The notes below the pieces were generated by a model. The model was not told where the DNA came from. It did no database searches and saw only the letters and a list, made by a program, of their open reading frames with translations. The translations under genes were made by a program, and so were the position numbers. A DNA stretch of 62,118 nt, filler included, from Choristocarpus tenellus KU-1152 (Eukaryota; Protista; Phaeophyceae): assembly GCA_964200185.2 (NCBI GenBank). It is 7 parts of 7 records of this genome, joined end to end, with 100 filler letters (N's around TTAATTAATTAA, not from the genome) between each part and the next. Parts side by side here need not be neighbours in the genome. Positions count along the whole stretch, not along the records: positions 26,784 to 56,017 come from CAXNAD020000111.1; 6 more parts are not named here. One strand, written 5' to 3'. The stretch's first letter is position 1, and each line of letters begins with the position of its first letter. Positions 26,893-40,700 of the stretch are shown piece by piece.

Positions 26893-27074
26893 GAGAATTC
26901 CCAAGTGTTGGAGTGTGATTATGACCAAGCAGAGGGGGCGACCATACAACACCAAAACACCGTGCTTAATGGAATTAACTCCTATCCGTTCGTATACAAG
27001 AACAAATGTGGATTAGCCAACTAATAATTCTCATATTCTGACTCTGTATGTATACTACTAGTGATCTCCATTAC

Positions 27075-27334
27075 GAGTGAAAGTATCTTGGAGGGAACGA
27101 GGTTTGCCCTGTTTGTCCATTTAAACCTTGACTTCCCAAGGGTTTTGTTGTGACATTTTACCTACTTGAAAATGTTTCGGAGCAGGTAAAATGTATACTT
27201 TATGAAAAGTTGTGTCCGGAACATGGATATTGACACTTCTTGACAAACACGATAGCCAAAATTACATCAAAATCGCAACATTGGCTTTTGGCCCCCAAAT
27301 GGACGCGGTTCTACCCTCTACGATGCATTGACTC
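27075..27334 (+). mobile_element. MITE family B copy (260 bp)
   Basis: GAGTGAAAGTATCTTGGAGGG...CCCTCTACGATGCATTGACTC; 4-bp TSD TTAC. Confidence 0.9.
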
Positions 27335-27339
27335 TTACA

Positions 27340-27680
27340 GTTAGAGGAGTCTATTCGAACATCTGCCACACTCATCCATAAGCAACGGTGTAGCTAGAGG
27401 TGCAGCTGAGACGCGAAAGTGCACCCACTACGAGGGTTCTTTTGGTCCTCGTAGGTTTAACCTCAACACCTTCGCTGTGGAAAGATTTGGGTACCTCGGT
27501 AAGCAAGTAGAAAGTTTTCTGGATGAGTTGGCTACACAGCAGGAGGGGGTAGAGGTATGGGAGACTACAGTAAATAAGGAGCTGTCAAATCCCTTTTACC
27601 ACAGATAGTGTATGTCACTACACAGTAGCTCTATCAAGACGTGTCATGTGTGTTAAGCATCATGTGTTGAGACATCAAGG
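27340..27680 (+). mobile_element. Restriction-like endonuclease fragment of a CRE/R2-type non-LTR retrotransposon
   Basis: GAAETRKCTHYEGSF....LNTFAVERFGYLGKQVESFLDELA fits the A..E..K..Y...E.FG.LG RLE pattern. Confidence 0.65.
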
Positions 27681-27743
27681 AGATGGGCAAGGAGGGACTT
27701 GTCAGATTCTTGGAATGCTTCCCTAGCTCCTTGCCCTGTAGTC

Positions 27744-29582
27744 CTTCCTCTGTGCCATAAGTCTGTTCCGGGTTGTCCATAACTTTTAAAGACGACGAAA
27801 TCCATTTCTGAAAGAAGCTTAGGAATCCGTGACGAATTTCTGGTTAGGGTCAGCTCTTTTTATTATTATTACTCCCCACCCATCACAATTTTATCAGCCA
27901 CAGAAAAAGCCTCCATGTCTAGTTTCGGCGTATTTTCAAGCTCACCAGACAACTGCCTCTTCCTTACCCCTGTGTGCTCCACACCGAAGTCATTCCCCCC
28001 TTTGTATCTAAATAATTGACTGTGCACCACAAAAAGGAGCTACCAAGCTCTCTGAATTGAGGTTTCATCATACTCCTCACACTCCTTCTTAATGACCTTC
28101 ACCATCTCCTCCACGGACCCAAACCGCTCCCTCATCACCCACCATTTCAAAGACCTGAAGAAGCCCAGGACCATGATGTTGAGGTCGGCAGAGTTGGATG
28201 ACTGCGTCACAAGCCTGATCGACCAGCTCTCCGTCTTCCCCGCTCCTGACAAAAATGACCCAAAGTATCTGGGAGGGGGGGGTGGTTTACACCAGGGTGT
28301 CCATTTGGATCAAAATCAGAAAAATTGCATTTACAGTATCCATCCAACGTATGCAACCAAATTACCCAAAAATCGCGACATGAAAAGTTGACCCCAAATG
28401 GACAGCCGCCACCCTCCTCTACATACTTTGAGCCTGTTCTGTTAGTCCATACATATTTTACCGTAACTGTCCGACAGAGTTGGAAGAGCCTAATCGAACA
28501 GTTACTCCTCCGTGTACCACTTCCTGTACCACAAACTGTCTAAAGTACAGTCCTGCTCATACACATCCCCCTTTTCATGGTTCTTGCTTGTCCTGTCTGC
28601 CGTTTTTAGAGCACACAAACGCCATACACCAAGCTTTCCATTAAAGATGTGAGCCGAATCTGGGTGGACGTTGGCTGCAATGACCATGGTTTTGTGGATA
28701 TGACTCTTGTGCTGCACAGTAGGGGACCCTGGAAGGTCGCTATTATCCTCATACGGAAATACGCTAACCCTTTTCCCCATTAGCCATCACGTAAAACCAG
28801 GTTTCATCCACATGGATTGCTTTTGCTATGGAGGAGTACACACCACGTTTGCAGTCCACTTGATCGCAAACAAAGTCTATTCTCCATACCTTTTGCCACG
28901 ATTTAAGCTTGGATTTGATCCAGCGGCGATTCAGCATGGTCCCCATATCATCCAACCACTTGTTTATGGTACTCGTGCTAAAATTCAACCCCTTGATGGT
29001 CATCTTCATTGTCACCTGACGCAATGTGGATGACTGATTATCGGAGTTGATATTATGTATTGCAGTCATCTTGGTCGGTGTGGGGTCTGAAGGCTGCCCA
29101 CCACGTGCCGCCACCCCTAGGTCAAGCGTGTGACCACGGGTGAGCTGATCGGCGACATTCCCAGAGCCTTCGCATGTAACGCTCGGATACTCCAAATTCC
29201 GCTGCAAGGGCCGGCCCAACGTGGCGTGGCAGTTTATGCTCACCAGGGACCATCGCGACGGCGTGCCGCACTGCAAGCGCAACCCTGATATTCAGGGACA
29301 CTTGGGCACCCTTCCTATGCGGGGGGGTCAAGGGGGAGGTTGTCATGCCGATATTCTGAACCTGGACATGCCCAGTTCTTGCCTCAAAATCACCCCAAAA
29401 GATCCCTACTTTGACCGCTTGAAGCACCTCGAGCTTGTACCTGATGATCCTCGACGCCTACCTTATCTGAAAGCTGAGAATGTCAACCCGATTTCATTCT
29501 GTGGGGTTATCGTTCGATTCGGCACCGTTCTCGCTCGGCGAGCCCAGATATTTTGCAGCACAAACTTATGGCACAGAGGGAG
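27744..29582 (-). mobile_element. Tc1/mariner DD39D-type transposon, both TIRs present, transposase decayed
   Basis: TIRs CTTCCTCTGTGCCATAAGTCTGT / ACAAACTTATGGCACAGAGGGAG|TA; motifs HVDETWFY, KSHIHKTM, FNGKLGVW and QSSNSADLNIMVLGFF. Confidence 0.88.
28257..28434 (+). mobile_element. MITE family A copy inside the mariner transposase
   Basis: GACCCAAAGTATCTGGG...ACATACTTTGAGCC; no TSD visible (AAT vs TGT), consistent with a flanking deletion. Confidence 0.85.
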
Positions 29583-30113
29583 TATAGGGTTAAGCTAGGT
29601 TAGAGGCGTACCAGCAGTGTACACGTAACATTATAATTAAGAGTTTTGATGGGAGTGGTGTAGTATGGCTGTTGGTCAAATAGTAAATAGATATATTGGA
29701 GATACATCTTTCACATCTATAACAATGTTACTTTTACACGGGTCCTTACGATATTGTGGCTTTTCTTCTGACATATCTGCAAAATATCAAGAGGGCATAA
29801 TATGATGAGTACAACACAAAACCCTGCTTTCCACATTTCTCCCTATACTTCTGTATTTTACGAAGTATTATATTTTTTTCCCATTGCCACACACAGAGTT
29901 TCTCGTCTATCTGTAACTCTACGATCCCGACAACATGTATGGGATGAATGAAGAGGGTGAGAGAGACCGAAGTTCATTGTCCTCCTGTTCGTCGTCTTTC
30001 AGCTCATCGTTGTCTTATGGTGTCTTCATCTTGATGGTACCGAGAGCAAGCAGGTGAAAAACGGGGGCCTCAATTGGAAACCTACAAGCTTTGATGGACG
30101 ACGAGGAGAAGAA

Positions 30114-30230
30114 TCTGCAGGTTTTAGACTGCCGTGCTTGTGTCAGGATGGAAGAAGAGAGAAGAGATCAGAACCTCAAACGATCCTTCTTTGCCGAATG
30201 TTAACACGAGGTTGAAAGAAGAAAGAGTGA
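30114..30230 (-). mobile_element. Fragment of the Copia LTR family
   Basis: TGCAG..TAGACTGC..GGAAGAAGAGAGAAG..CCTCA.ACGAT resembles 46619-46730. Confidence 0.55.
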
Positions 30231-32372
30231 TATTATTATACACAGTGGGGCTTGGTTTAGCACTTGCTGTTTCTAGAAAGAATCACTTTAACGAAGTGCG
30301 TCAACGTTCCCCAACAAACTTCATCACAATATAGAAGGACGTCTCGACCATGTGAAGTTTCAATCTATGATCAATTGTCAATAAATAACCAGCTAAGACA
30401 TAAATTATTGTCCCCAATGCTTTCGGTTACATATTACCGCAATCTATATCTCATTCTACACAAAGAACGCGCACAGAAACGGAGTTTTTGCACCCCCTAC
30501 AATCGAACGGAATACATACCGAGCGTGAGGGCGTTGAACCTGGGGAGAGAGGAAGTCCTGCGGGAGGCACGACTGTTCGTAGATAGTGCTGCTGATACAC
30601 TATAGACACCATCGGTGGAGTAGATTAGGAAATGCAGGCACCACTGGTGGAGTAATGGAGGAAAGGTAGAGCTTGTTTTTTGTTTGCTTCGATTTCAATC
30701 GAGCTCTACACAACGTTCATGTATGGTAGTTCATGTATTGTAGGGACCTGATATTGGATCTTCAGTGGATATATCATATATGGCACGTATGGTAAGTAGA
30801 TATGATTCTTTTCTGATTATCCATATGGACGTTACAAATCCCACATGGTAGTCTGCACTTGTCTTACCCACATATTCAGTCAGCGGAATCGATACCATAA
30901 GTCCCCTTGAAATATTAACTTTACTTATCTACATCAAGCTGTTCTTTGTCCTTCATTAAAGCACCATAAACGTCGCGGGTTCAGTGTGGGATACTTCAAC
31001 AACGACTTCATCTAAGCCACTGAAGTTCAGGAGGCGGTTTCGAGTCCCGTTTCCTTTCTCTGAAGATTTGGTGAAGGAGTTGGAAACCAGGTGAAATTTG
31101 GTGGTAGACGGGCTGAAGATGTAAGCAGTCGAACTGGTATATCCCTTTAGGTGAGATTCCCGTCAGTACAAGTTTGTGTGTGGAAGAGCTAGCTATATAG
31201 AACTTAGTGATTCAAAGTCACGTCGGTTTGACATTGTTGAATAAAACCTTGTCACCTGCAACACCTAAAGTCTCCCCAAGATATCGGCAGGGGAACCTGC
31301 CTTGGCGATATTGAGAAGACCTTGGGAATTTCTAACATCACACAGTACATCACGTTTCACAGCTCCTCCGAGTGTTTTGCGGTGGGAATCGTTTCCAAAG
31401 TCGTTATGCTTTCCAGAGGGCAACGATTCGAATGAGGCCATGGACAGGTAGTATGAACACGTGGGGCTTTCAGGTGTTGAGAGTTCCACTGACATGCGTG
31501 TTGAAACCTGATTTCGTATGAGTTGTGTGTTGTTATGGTTTGTGACGAAGGAGATCATAGTGCAACAAAGCACTGGTGAATTTGTTCTGGTAGGTCTGGT
31601 GAAATGTTGTATTCAGTCAGACAGTATTCGAAGTGAAGGTATGTTTGGTTGTACTGTGATTAGCACGGTTAGAGGCAAGTGTGTGTGTGTCCTAGTGCAA
31701 CAAGAGACCTGCGGTTACGGTTTGATGCGTCTGAAGGGATGTCATACTCAATCAGACTTTGAAGTGAGAAGGGCACTGATGTGTCTGTAGCATATTTTAC
31801 TCTAGCAGACGGTGATTGATAGAAACTGTGTGGTCATTCATTGAGACATTCAAATGAAGAAAGTCATCCTCTGTGAAGAGGGTTGTCACCTTGGCAGAGA
31901 AGGTTTCGAAGGATGGTTTGAACTCTATACTGCATCATGGCGTGTGTCTTATTCGTGTTGCAGAGTGATGGGGATGGCTTTCGATGGGGCAATGCCAGTC
32001 AAGTAAAAATCATGAACACATCCTATGCAACTGATACCTTCTTGGGTGATGGAGATGAACAAGTAAAAAAGCAAAGGAGAGACAAGAAGTCAAACTTGAA
32101 TCCGTACCTATCATAACTAATATCCCTCATAGTATGTGTGTGTATGCTTCCTATCCACTGTGACGTACTTACAGTGGTTGAGTACAGTGTGATGATGAGC
32201 TAATAATGGGAATGGGAATAGCGACCAGTATAATGGACGAATCAGCATTCAGTGTGAGCTGACGATGCTGTATATCGTATCAAAGCAAATCCAATGAGTA
32301 GCCTATGTTTTAACAATGCGCATGTGCGGTGCGAGAGGGCACCTGTAGCTGATGCTGTACACTGCGAGGGTA

Positions 32373-32629
32373 GAGTGAAAGTATCTTGGAGGGTACGACT
32401 TTTGCCCTGTTTGTCCATTTGGGACTTGGCTTCCCATGGATGTTTTAGTTACATTTTCCTACTCCAAAATGTTTTGGAGTAGGTAGAATGTCTACTTAAT
32501 GAAAAGGTGTGTCCGGACAAGGATATTGACACTTCCTAACAAACACGATCGCGAAAATTACATCAAAATCGCAACACTGGATTTTGGCCCCCAAATGGAC
32601 GCGGTTCTATCCTCTAAGATACTTGGCTC
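32373..32629 (+). mobile_element. MITE family B copy
   Basis: TIRs present; TSD GGTA. Confidence 0.9.
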
Positions 32630-32769
32630 GGTAGCGAGGGCTTCCCTACTACCTATCAAGTGACCGTTGATCACACTGGGCTCGTGTGAGGCCGGCTGTT
32701 GAATTCCTGGAGCAAGAAATGACACAAATAATAATACAATGACACCATCCACAAGATATAGCATGACTC

Positions 32770-33605
32770 CAAATACACACAATCGAATCACAACCTCGTG
32801 TAATCAGAGGTAAACTAATACGCCAGGATTGTCACCTACGACGTTGTTAACAAGGGCTACCATAAATGAGGACGTTACGTGACTTTCGATTTCATGCTTG
32901 AACGGCAGTCACGATCCTCAGATGTTGCAAGCATTTTCTCCTCTGACTATATGGTGTTCACTGCCTCGTTATAGGTCACAGAGACTAGATAACATGGGCT
33001 GCTTCCAAGTGAAAGCATCTTAGAGGGTAAGAGTTTTGCCCTGGTTATCCATTTGGGGCTTGGCTTCCCACGAGTTTTTTTATGACATTATCCTACTCCG
33101 AAAAAATTCAGTAGGAACAATGTATACGTTGTGAAAAGGTGTGTTCAAAACAAGGATATTGACACTTCACAAAAACACAACACCCAAAATTACATCAAAA
33201 TCGCAACATTGGATTTTGGGCCCCAAACGGACGCGACCCTACCCTCTAAGATTCTTTGACTCTTCCTTCTTTCCTCTTTACTTTCAAGAAACACGTGATC
33301 TACATTCCCGTGAGCATCAAATACAAACAATCGGATCACAACCTCGTGTAATCAGAAGTACACTAGTACACCAGGACTTGTCACGTACGATGTTGTTGAT
33401 AAGGGCTACCATAAAATGAGGACATTGCGTGACTTTCGATTTCATGCTTGAGTGGCAGTCATGATCCTCAGATGCTGCAAGCATTTTCTCCTCTGGTTAT
33501 ATGATATTCCCTGTCTCGTTATAGGTCGCAGAAACTAGATAACATGGGCTGTTTCCTCCTTTTCTTTTCTTTCAAGGAACACATGGTCCACATTCCCGTG
33601 AGACT
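32770..33605. repeat. ~290-bp tandem duplication; first unit carries a MITE B
   Basis: 32781-33006 aligns with 33329-33556. Confidence 0.85.
33007..33262 (+). mobile_element. MITE family B copy
   Basis: TIRs present; TSD TTCC; empty paralogous site at ~33551-33560. Confidence 0.9.
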
Positions 33606-36600
33606 CAACTCACAACTTAGGGCATTTTCACGATATCCCCCCTAAAGGTATTCTCCACAGAGTCAGTCAGAGGCAAGGTGAAGTGAAGAAGTGGATAGTG
33701 TGTAAGGGTGTCGAGTGCTTGTTTTACAGATCGAGTGTTCATTGGAAAATTCCCATGCTGCAAGTGCAGTATTGGCCAAGAAAAAGGATAGATGGCATAT
33801 CTTTCACTGTTGCTAAATGATGGTCTTGGAGAATTGAAGGTCAACACGGACTGTGTAGGGGATCCTGGTCTGCACGATGACTCCTTCTGTGACCCCTACA
33901 CTGATTCCTCTCAGGTGGGCATGACAAGGGGTGGGGCGGGGGTTGTGAACAGTATGTGAAAAGGGAGAAAAAAACTCCCAGCTGTAACAACCCAAAACAC
34001 GCCAGGTATATATATGCACAAAACTATGTTGTTGAAGATTCTTGGCCAAGAATTGATAACTTCGATTTTTTCACTGACGTAATTATCATGGATATGTTCA
34101 TGTTCTTGACCCTCTTTAATTCCCGACGCACATTACTCCTTGTATCAGTGGCATAATCTGGTTGCTAGCGCCATTCAACCAATATTTGCTGATATTCTCC
34201 GCTTGTCAGCATGAATAACTATTACCATCATGTCTACATTAATTTAGTAATATCACTACCCAGTTTGTCGCTCAAAGTCACAAGAGAGACTACATGTCCT
34301 CCATCCTCTACTTCGTCGGTCCTCTCCCATCCTCCAAATTTTCTCTCCTCCTTAGCAGCTATCCGTAATTGCTGTTGTCTCTTTGATCCTGGGCTTGCTG
34401 AAAATCGATACCTCTTCTTTGCCTCCACAATCAACCTCCGTTGAAGTGGGCCTGCCTGACTCTTCATCCATGACCAGAGAAGTTGGACCCGCCCTATCAC
34501 AGTCCCTCACTAATGATAATGCCAAACGTTTCTGAGGACATGATGAAATATGAGCCCAGAGCACACTATCAGAGGAAATCGAGGAAACTTGACCCTCTGG
34601 CATTCCACTTCCCTGTCCACAGCTTCATATGCATTAGCACTTCCCTAGCAAGTTTCGGAGGGTTCAGGTCTGGGGCTCCATCTGTTAACCACTCTAGGAA
34701 GCCAGGGATAATAACATCCATATATGATGTAGTTGACACGAAGTTCACTTCCCTCATAGAAACCTTGAGTCCAAATTTACTCACTATCCTCGCTGCAGGC
34801 ATAGGCGAGGGAACAGCTTGGTATGTTTTGAGAGTAGTTGCTATCTTGTGGCGATAGTGGTTCAGCAACCTTTCCAGGAACCCATGGAGTCAACTCCTCA
34901 CTGGCCATGTTTCAGGGCACTGGGGTTCGTCTACAGTCAGTGGTTCTGTAGGTTGTCAATTGATGATATTGTGACTCAGGGCTACGTGAATACAAGAACT
35001 ACATAGACCTGCCCTTATGCGAGTAAAATGCACAATAAAGAAGAGAAAAGTAGCACCAGCCCACTAAATTTTCTGAGTGTTTTCCCAGTCATGACTTCTG
35101 CCTTTTCCTCTCATCCTACCCTCTTCAGAACTCCTAACAATCTCGCCAGCACTGCTTTTAGGGGAGAGGGAGTCCTGTTTGCGGTTTTTGTGCATGCTTT
35201 CATTGACTCCTCAAAAAATCCACGTCCTTGACTGGCTGCGGCTTCAATATTGTACCACAATAACAAGACTATGAGCTGCGAGATCTCTTCAAAAATCTAC
35301 AGGTAGAAGCAGTCTGAGGGCAAAAAAACATTCTTATGCTTTGTTCTGATCTCTCCAAGTAGCTTGCTTTTGCTGACCGACGTTGATTTGATGGATGACG
35401 TAAATGATGCTCAAAACGTCGTCCAGACATAGCCCCTACCAGGTCCAAGTGTGAAATATCCCGTATAATGGATTAGAAAGACCAGTCCAGGTCCGTCAGA
35501 AATCGTACCAGCAGATCAGGCCACAGGTCCACCTCGGTAATTCATTTCTTGGCATGGATGGTCCAGGCCCGCAAGGAGATATGTACCAGACCCTCCTAAT
35601 CAATATTCACACGTACACCAAGTCTCCTTATACAAATATAGACTATTTACTACCATCCCTAACATACGCTATACAACATGAAGCATTATTTTCCTTGCAA
35701 ATCTTCAGGCCCACAACTCACTCAGGAACCCAAGTCCTTTGTATATACCATCCACCTCCAGATTGGGTCATGATATGGGAGAGTTTGTACGATTGCCTAT
35801 CTCTACTATCGATGAGCGAGGGGTTTTTTTGTCGGGAATTATGCTTGTTTATTTATTGTCTTTGACCATGGCACAAGTCCGTTGTGCGTTGTTTCTTCCT
35901 CTGACAATATCTACGAGATGATTGAGCACCATTCCACCATACATCAACGAATTATGAGTGTAATCCAATCAATTTCACATACATGGAGGAGTATTGTAAT
36001 GCATTGTCTAATCAGAGGAGAGTAGTGATGCAGGAATCTTTTCAACAGGGGTACAGGTATGTGGTTCTACAGCGATCGACATACTCAGGTACAACTTTAC
36101 CAACAAAGGGTTTAAGGGAAAGTAATCAACAAGCTCTGGAAAAAATTATTCCAATTCACATTGATTAGCAAGTCCTGATATCGTACAAAAGGAAAACGGG
36201 CACTAGTGTTGTTGTCATCCTGTTGTTCGTATCGTCATTGAGACCTTCACCAAATTCGCTAGCGTGTTCTGTTTGAAAGGTGCTAACACTGTTCAGTATC
36301 ATCGTGTCTCTCCAATACGAAGTCAAAGCAGAGCAAAGTAGAGAGGTAGCAATAAAATATTTTTGGATATATTATTGAACAAACGAGTCACTGTGATGAT
36401 AGGCAACAGCAATTGTATACTTGTATGATGTAGTACCTGTAGTAGAATCAGATATGTTTCAGTTGACTATCATTTCCTATCCCAGCCAAGCTCGGTTCCA
36501 AGGACACCAATAACAAAGACCTGCACAACAGACAGAATATCTGTTACACCTACCACTCTTCTTCTCGTGTACTTTCCTTGTGTAAGTAAGAAAGTAGATC

Positions 36601-37714
36601 GGAGTACCTAGTTAGCCGGCAAAATGTCGGCAGAGCTTGACTTTCTTGGGTTGTTGGCATCATCACCCACGTGTATATGAAAAATTACTGATCAAAGTAG
36701 AGGTTTTTTAGACCAAGAAGTGACGCTTATTGCTGGATTGCTTCCTCCACCTTACTTTTTTTTACTTGTCATAGCCCTCTTGCCCTACGAGCCTCCCTCT
36801 TTTGTTCTAATGGTAAACTGTTGCTGTGTTTCTTCAAGTTACCTCAAATTGTTATTTCACCTCACCTCCATTCAGATACAGAAATAAATGTCCTACGAGC
36901 CTCAGGAGTATTTTTACGAGGGGGTCACATAATAGCAATTAGTGAATGTTGCAAGCAACCCCCTTCCTCAGTTATCTGGACAAGAAAGTACACTAAATGA
37001 GCAATTCAGTAAGGTTCTTGGGGTCATAGCCAAATGATATTTTCCAATGTAGAGGGTGGGCGATAGTGTGACGCCCCCAACAGCATGAGCGGCATGTGCA
37101 AACTCTGATTGGGAGGACGCAAAACGATAAATTTTTCAAAAAATATATATTTATCTTCATTAGCAGCCTAAAGCAACAAAGCACATACATATACATATAT
37201 TTCTGACCTTTTCTCTCACAGTCTACCACAGCATACATACAAAATATACTTTCTGCTGTACTACCACTCTCTACTAGCAAGTGCACTCAAAAACTAGGTA
37301 CCTCTCTTGGTTGATGTCCACTAAATATATATACTAAAGACTCGGACACACTGAGCTAAGAATATTTTGCTTGATGTGTCAAGATAAAATGATAAATTAA
37401 ATAAGGGTGAAGATTGCATACATACACACTCCTCTCTAGCTCAACCAAAGCGAGTATGAACCAAACAAAATACTCAACGAACTATACACGCAGTGAATAT
37501 CAACATTAAGAAAGGATTACTGTGTAACAGAAATATGATCGAAATCCCTAAAAATCAGTCAACACGCTCAGAATGTCTTACTTGGTCAAGGTCTACTCAA
37601 CACACACCAGTCTCTCCTAAGTTTATTGGCCGCTCAAGTACAGGCAAGGCTGACCATCTGTGACCCTGCACTCTCAAAGTTCAAAATGGAGAATCCATCC
37701 TCACACGACACATC

Positions 37715-40700
37715 CTAGACGACACATCTCTTGTTGGAGCAGCTCATGCCGTCGCAGCAGTGCCTGGATTGTGAGCATGTAGGTCAACAAAATTCGATGA
37801 GTATACTACAGATGTCAATAGTGGATACAAGGATGTGGTGGGCATACTATGCTGCTCGCTACACTCTGTGCACAGGGCACTCTAAGTGTGATTGGAAATT
37901 CGTTTTGAGGACAACATAAGACTCAACTGAGAACGCCCAATGTAATCATGATTGGCATGACCAGACATTTTTGAAAGGAATTCAAGCCAAATATTGAAGG
38001 CTAGAGAGCTGTGAATGGCGACATCGTACCAGTCTTTCTTGCACTTCTTTCCCATCTTGTTGCAGCACCTTCCTGCCCTGCACTTTGCCTTCTTGTTTTT
38101 GTTGGTGTCATGGCAACACTGCTTCTTCGAGGTACATGTTCCATTGCCCAGAGGGATGCACATGTCAGTATCAAGACCTGGTATTTCAAGGGATGGGAGG
38201 TTATGTCTAACTTGAGTAACACTGTAAAGTGGGCTCATGTAGTGACTGCACAATGTGATGAGGGATCGGTGGACAGGTATCTCTCAGTTACATGCAGTGG
38301 TGAAGGCTTGTCCAAAAGAACCTCATTCCACATTGAAACACGGTCAAAAGACTCAAGATAACAGTAAAAGACAGTATTTTGCTCATACCACAGAGGCAAA
38401 TATTTCCCAAAGCACATAGTCCTGTACTCGGAGCTCCATGGTTGTTCCTACAATATAGTGAACTTGGTGCTCAGCCGCGTGGTAATATGGGAACAAGGCA
38501 GACACCTGAGCGTAAAATACAGGATCATCTCCAGGAGATGTTAATGAAGTTCCTAGGCATTGACGTGTATATGACAAAGGCACTTTAGCGAGGAGCACTT
38601 GCAACTCAAAACACATATCACATCATGTTTCTTCTTAGTCATCACCTGGCTCATCTGTGCATTCATATCCTGTGGTGCCTGGGGTGCACACTTGAGAGCC
38701 ACACATATTGGATATAATGACGCTGTAGTTCGAGTAGTCAATAAGCTCACATCCTGCATCACAACAAAGTGGTGGTGGCATGGCGCTCGTTGTTGTATCG
38801 GTGGCAGACAAAAAATATGGACTCCGTGCCCTTGATTCCCATAACAAAGGTAGAAAAGCTACCAAATATAACACAGTGCTGTAGTGGAAGAATAGTGTTC
38901 GATGAAGAACGTTGGGACTCACCGCATGTTCCCGTCTCACTGCCATTTTCTGGCCAGAATACCTTTGGGCTGCGAAAAAAGCATCGATGATCGAGGATGG
39001 GACAACATGTGACGTCAAGAAAAATTGTAAGATAATGCACGGAAACGTGGAAGGTTGTATATGAGCCTTTAACTATCAGGGAAAAAACATTCTTGACTGA
39101 TTTTCGAAGAAACCACAGTGGTGTACTGCCTTGGCATCCATCTGCAAAGAAAAACTCACCCATTCACATCAGGTCTGCATTGAAGGTTGAGGTTTCCGTC
39201 AAACTGTCCACCAAGAAGGCTATCCCAGCCATGTCCGACAGATGCAATGGCACAGGGAAGTTCAGAGAGTTGACATCATTATATATATTTGATTTACGTA
39301 ATAATAATGTACTCAAGGTTTCTATTTTTCTTGTTCACCATTGAAGGGCAGGGGGAGGTAGATATTGCCGAAGTGACAGCAAGACAAGATGACAAATGGT
39401 TCCTCATTAGCAAGTACACATGGAGGCACTACACTAAATCACAATGGGTCCATACCACTTTGCTGCAAGATCGGGGAGTTAGAAATACATAAAAAGCATA
39501 GAAATACCATGTAGTTCCCTGACAAAAGAGATTGACCTTGCCAGCGATTTGGTTGGACTACCAGTTTGCATCTTGCCCTAAAACCCAGGTATATACTCTT
39601 GATATGGTCACTCACAGTGTGCCAAGAGCAGGTAAGTCAGCAAAAATCCCCTTTGGCAGTGTCGTCAAAGCGTTTTGATGGAGGTATCTGGAAAGGTATG
39701 GTTGCACAACGGGGAGCACCATAGCAACAAAATAGCAGGCGTTCCAGGCACAGGACAAGGAGACGGGGTATTTGTATATCTTCCACAGGTTAGCATCATT
39801 TACTGCACCAACGGGTTCGCAGTCTCTTCTACTTAGGGGGCAAGCAGAGGACACAGGAACTAGTGGAGTAAGTCCTTAGGAAGAAATGCAGGTAGATAAG
39901 CACGCAATATGCAATGCCACTCACAGAGCTTCAAGCTTCAGCAGACCCTCAAACACTCCATTGGGAAGGTGGGTCAGGGCGTTGCTGTGCAGAAACCTTT
40001 ATGGAAGGGTGGTGTGAGGTAAGAATGAAACGTCACATGAGGTATGCATCTGCAGTACAATCTCGTAGATGTTCAAAAGCACACCAAGGTTGGGACGTGA
40101 CGACCCAACTGGTTGCGTACGGGTTTAATGCGAAAAAGACGTTTTTAGGTACAGCAAAATGCATCTGATGTCTATCTATTCTACAGGATCTCACCTCAAC
40201 AAAGTGTCCATATAATATCAATATGCTAAAGACACAAGTTCCAAAAGCAAAAGAACAGATTTGTGTCTGTTCGATTATCAATAAGTGCCATACTCACAAT
40301 TCATGTAGCTCCCCCAGACCATAGAATATCTCTTTTGGAACTGTCGACAGGTGGTTATGGTCGATCTCCCTGATGGCATGCACAGGGTAGGGGTTCATTT
40401 TTTTTGTCATTCTAGCTTCACCTGGAACAAGTGAGATGGGCAGTTCATACCAACCACGAGTACCAGCTAGGCAACAGTAGTGTTCTGTGTTGTTGAGGGT
40501 AGCCAGATCATTGCCTGTCATCATGTCCAACCGCTTGACCAAGGGTGCTCTGGGACTCAACATTGAGACCATGTGCTATCAAAGGATCGATTTTGGACGT
40601 GCAATGAGAAAGCTATGATGTCAGGTCAGTGAATTTTGCAACACCTTCTCTGCAAGCGCTACCCATGAGTGTCTTGCACCAGGCATGCGCAAGATCATTT

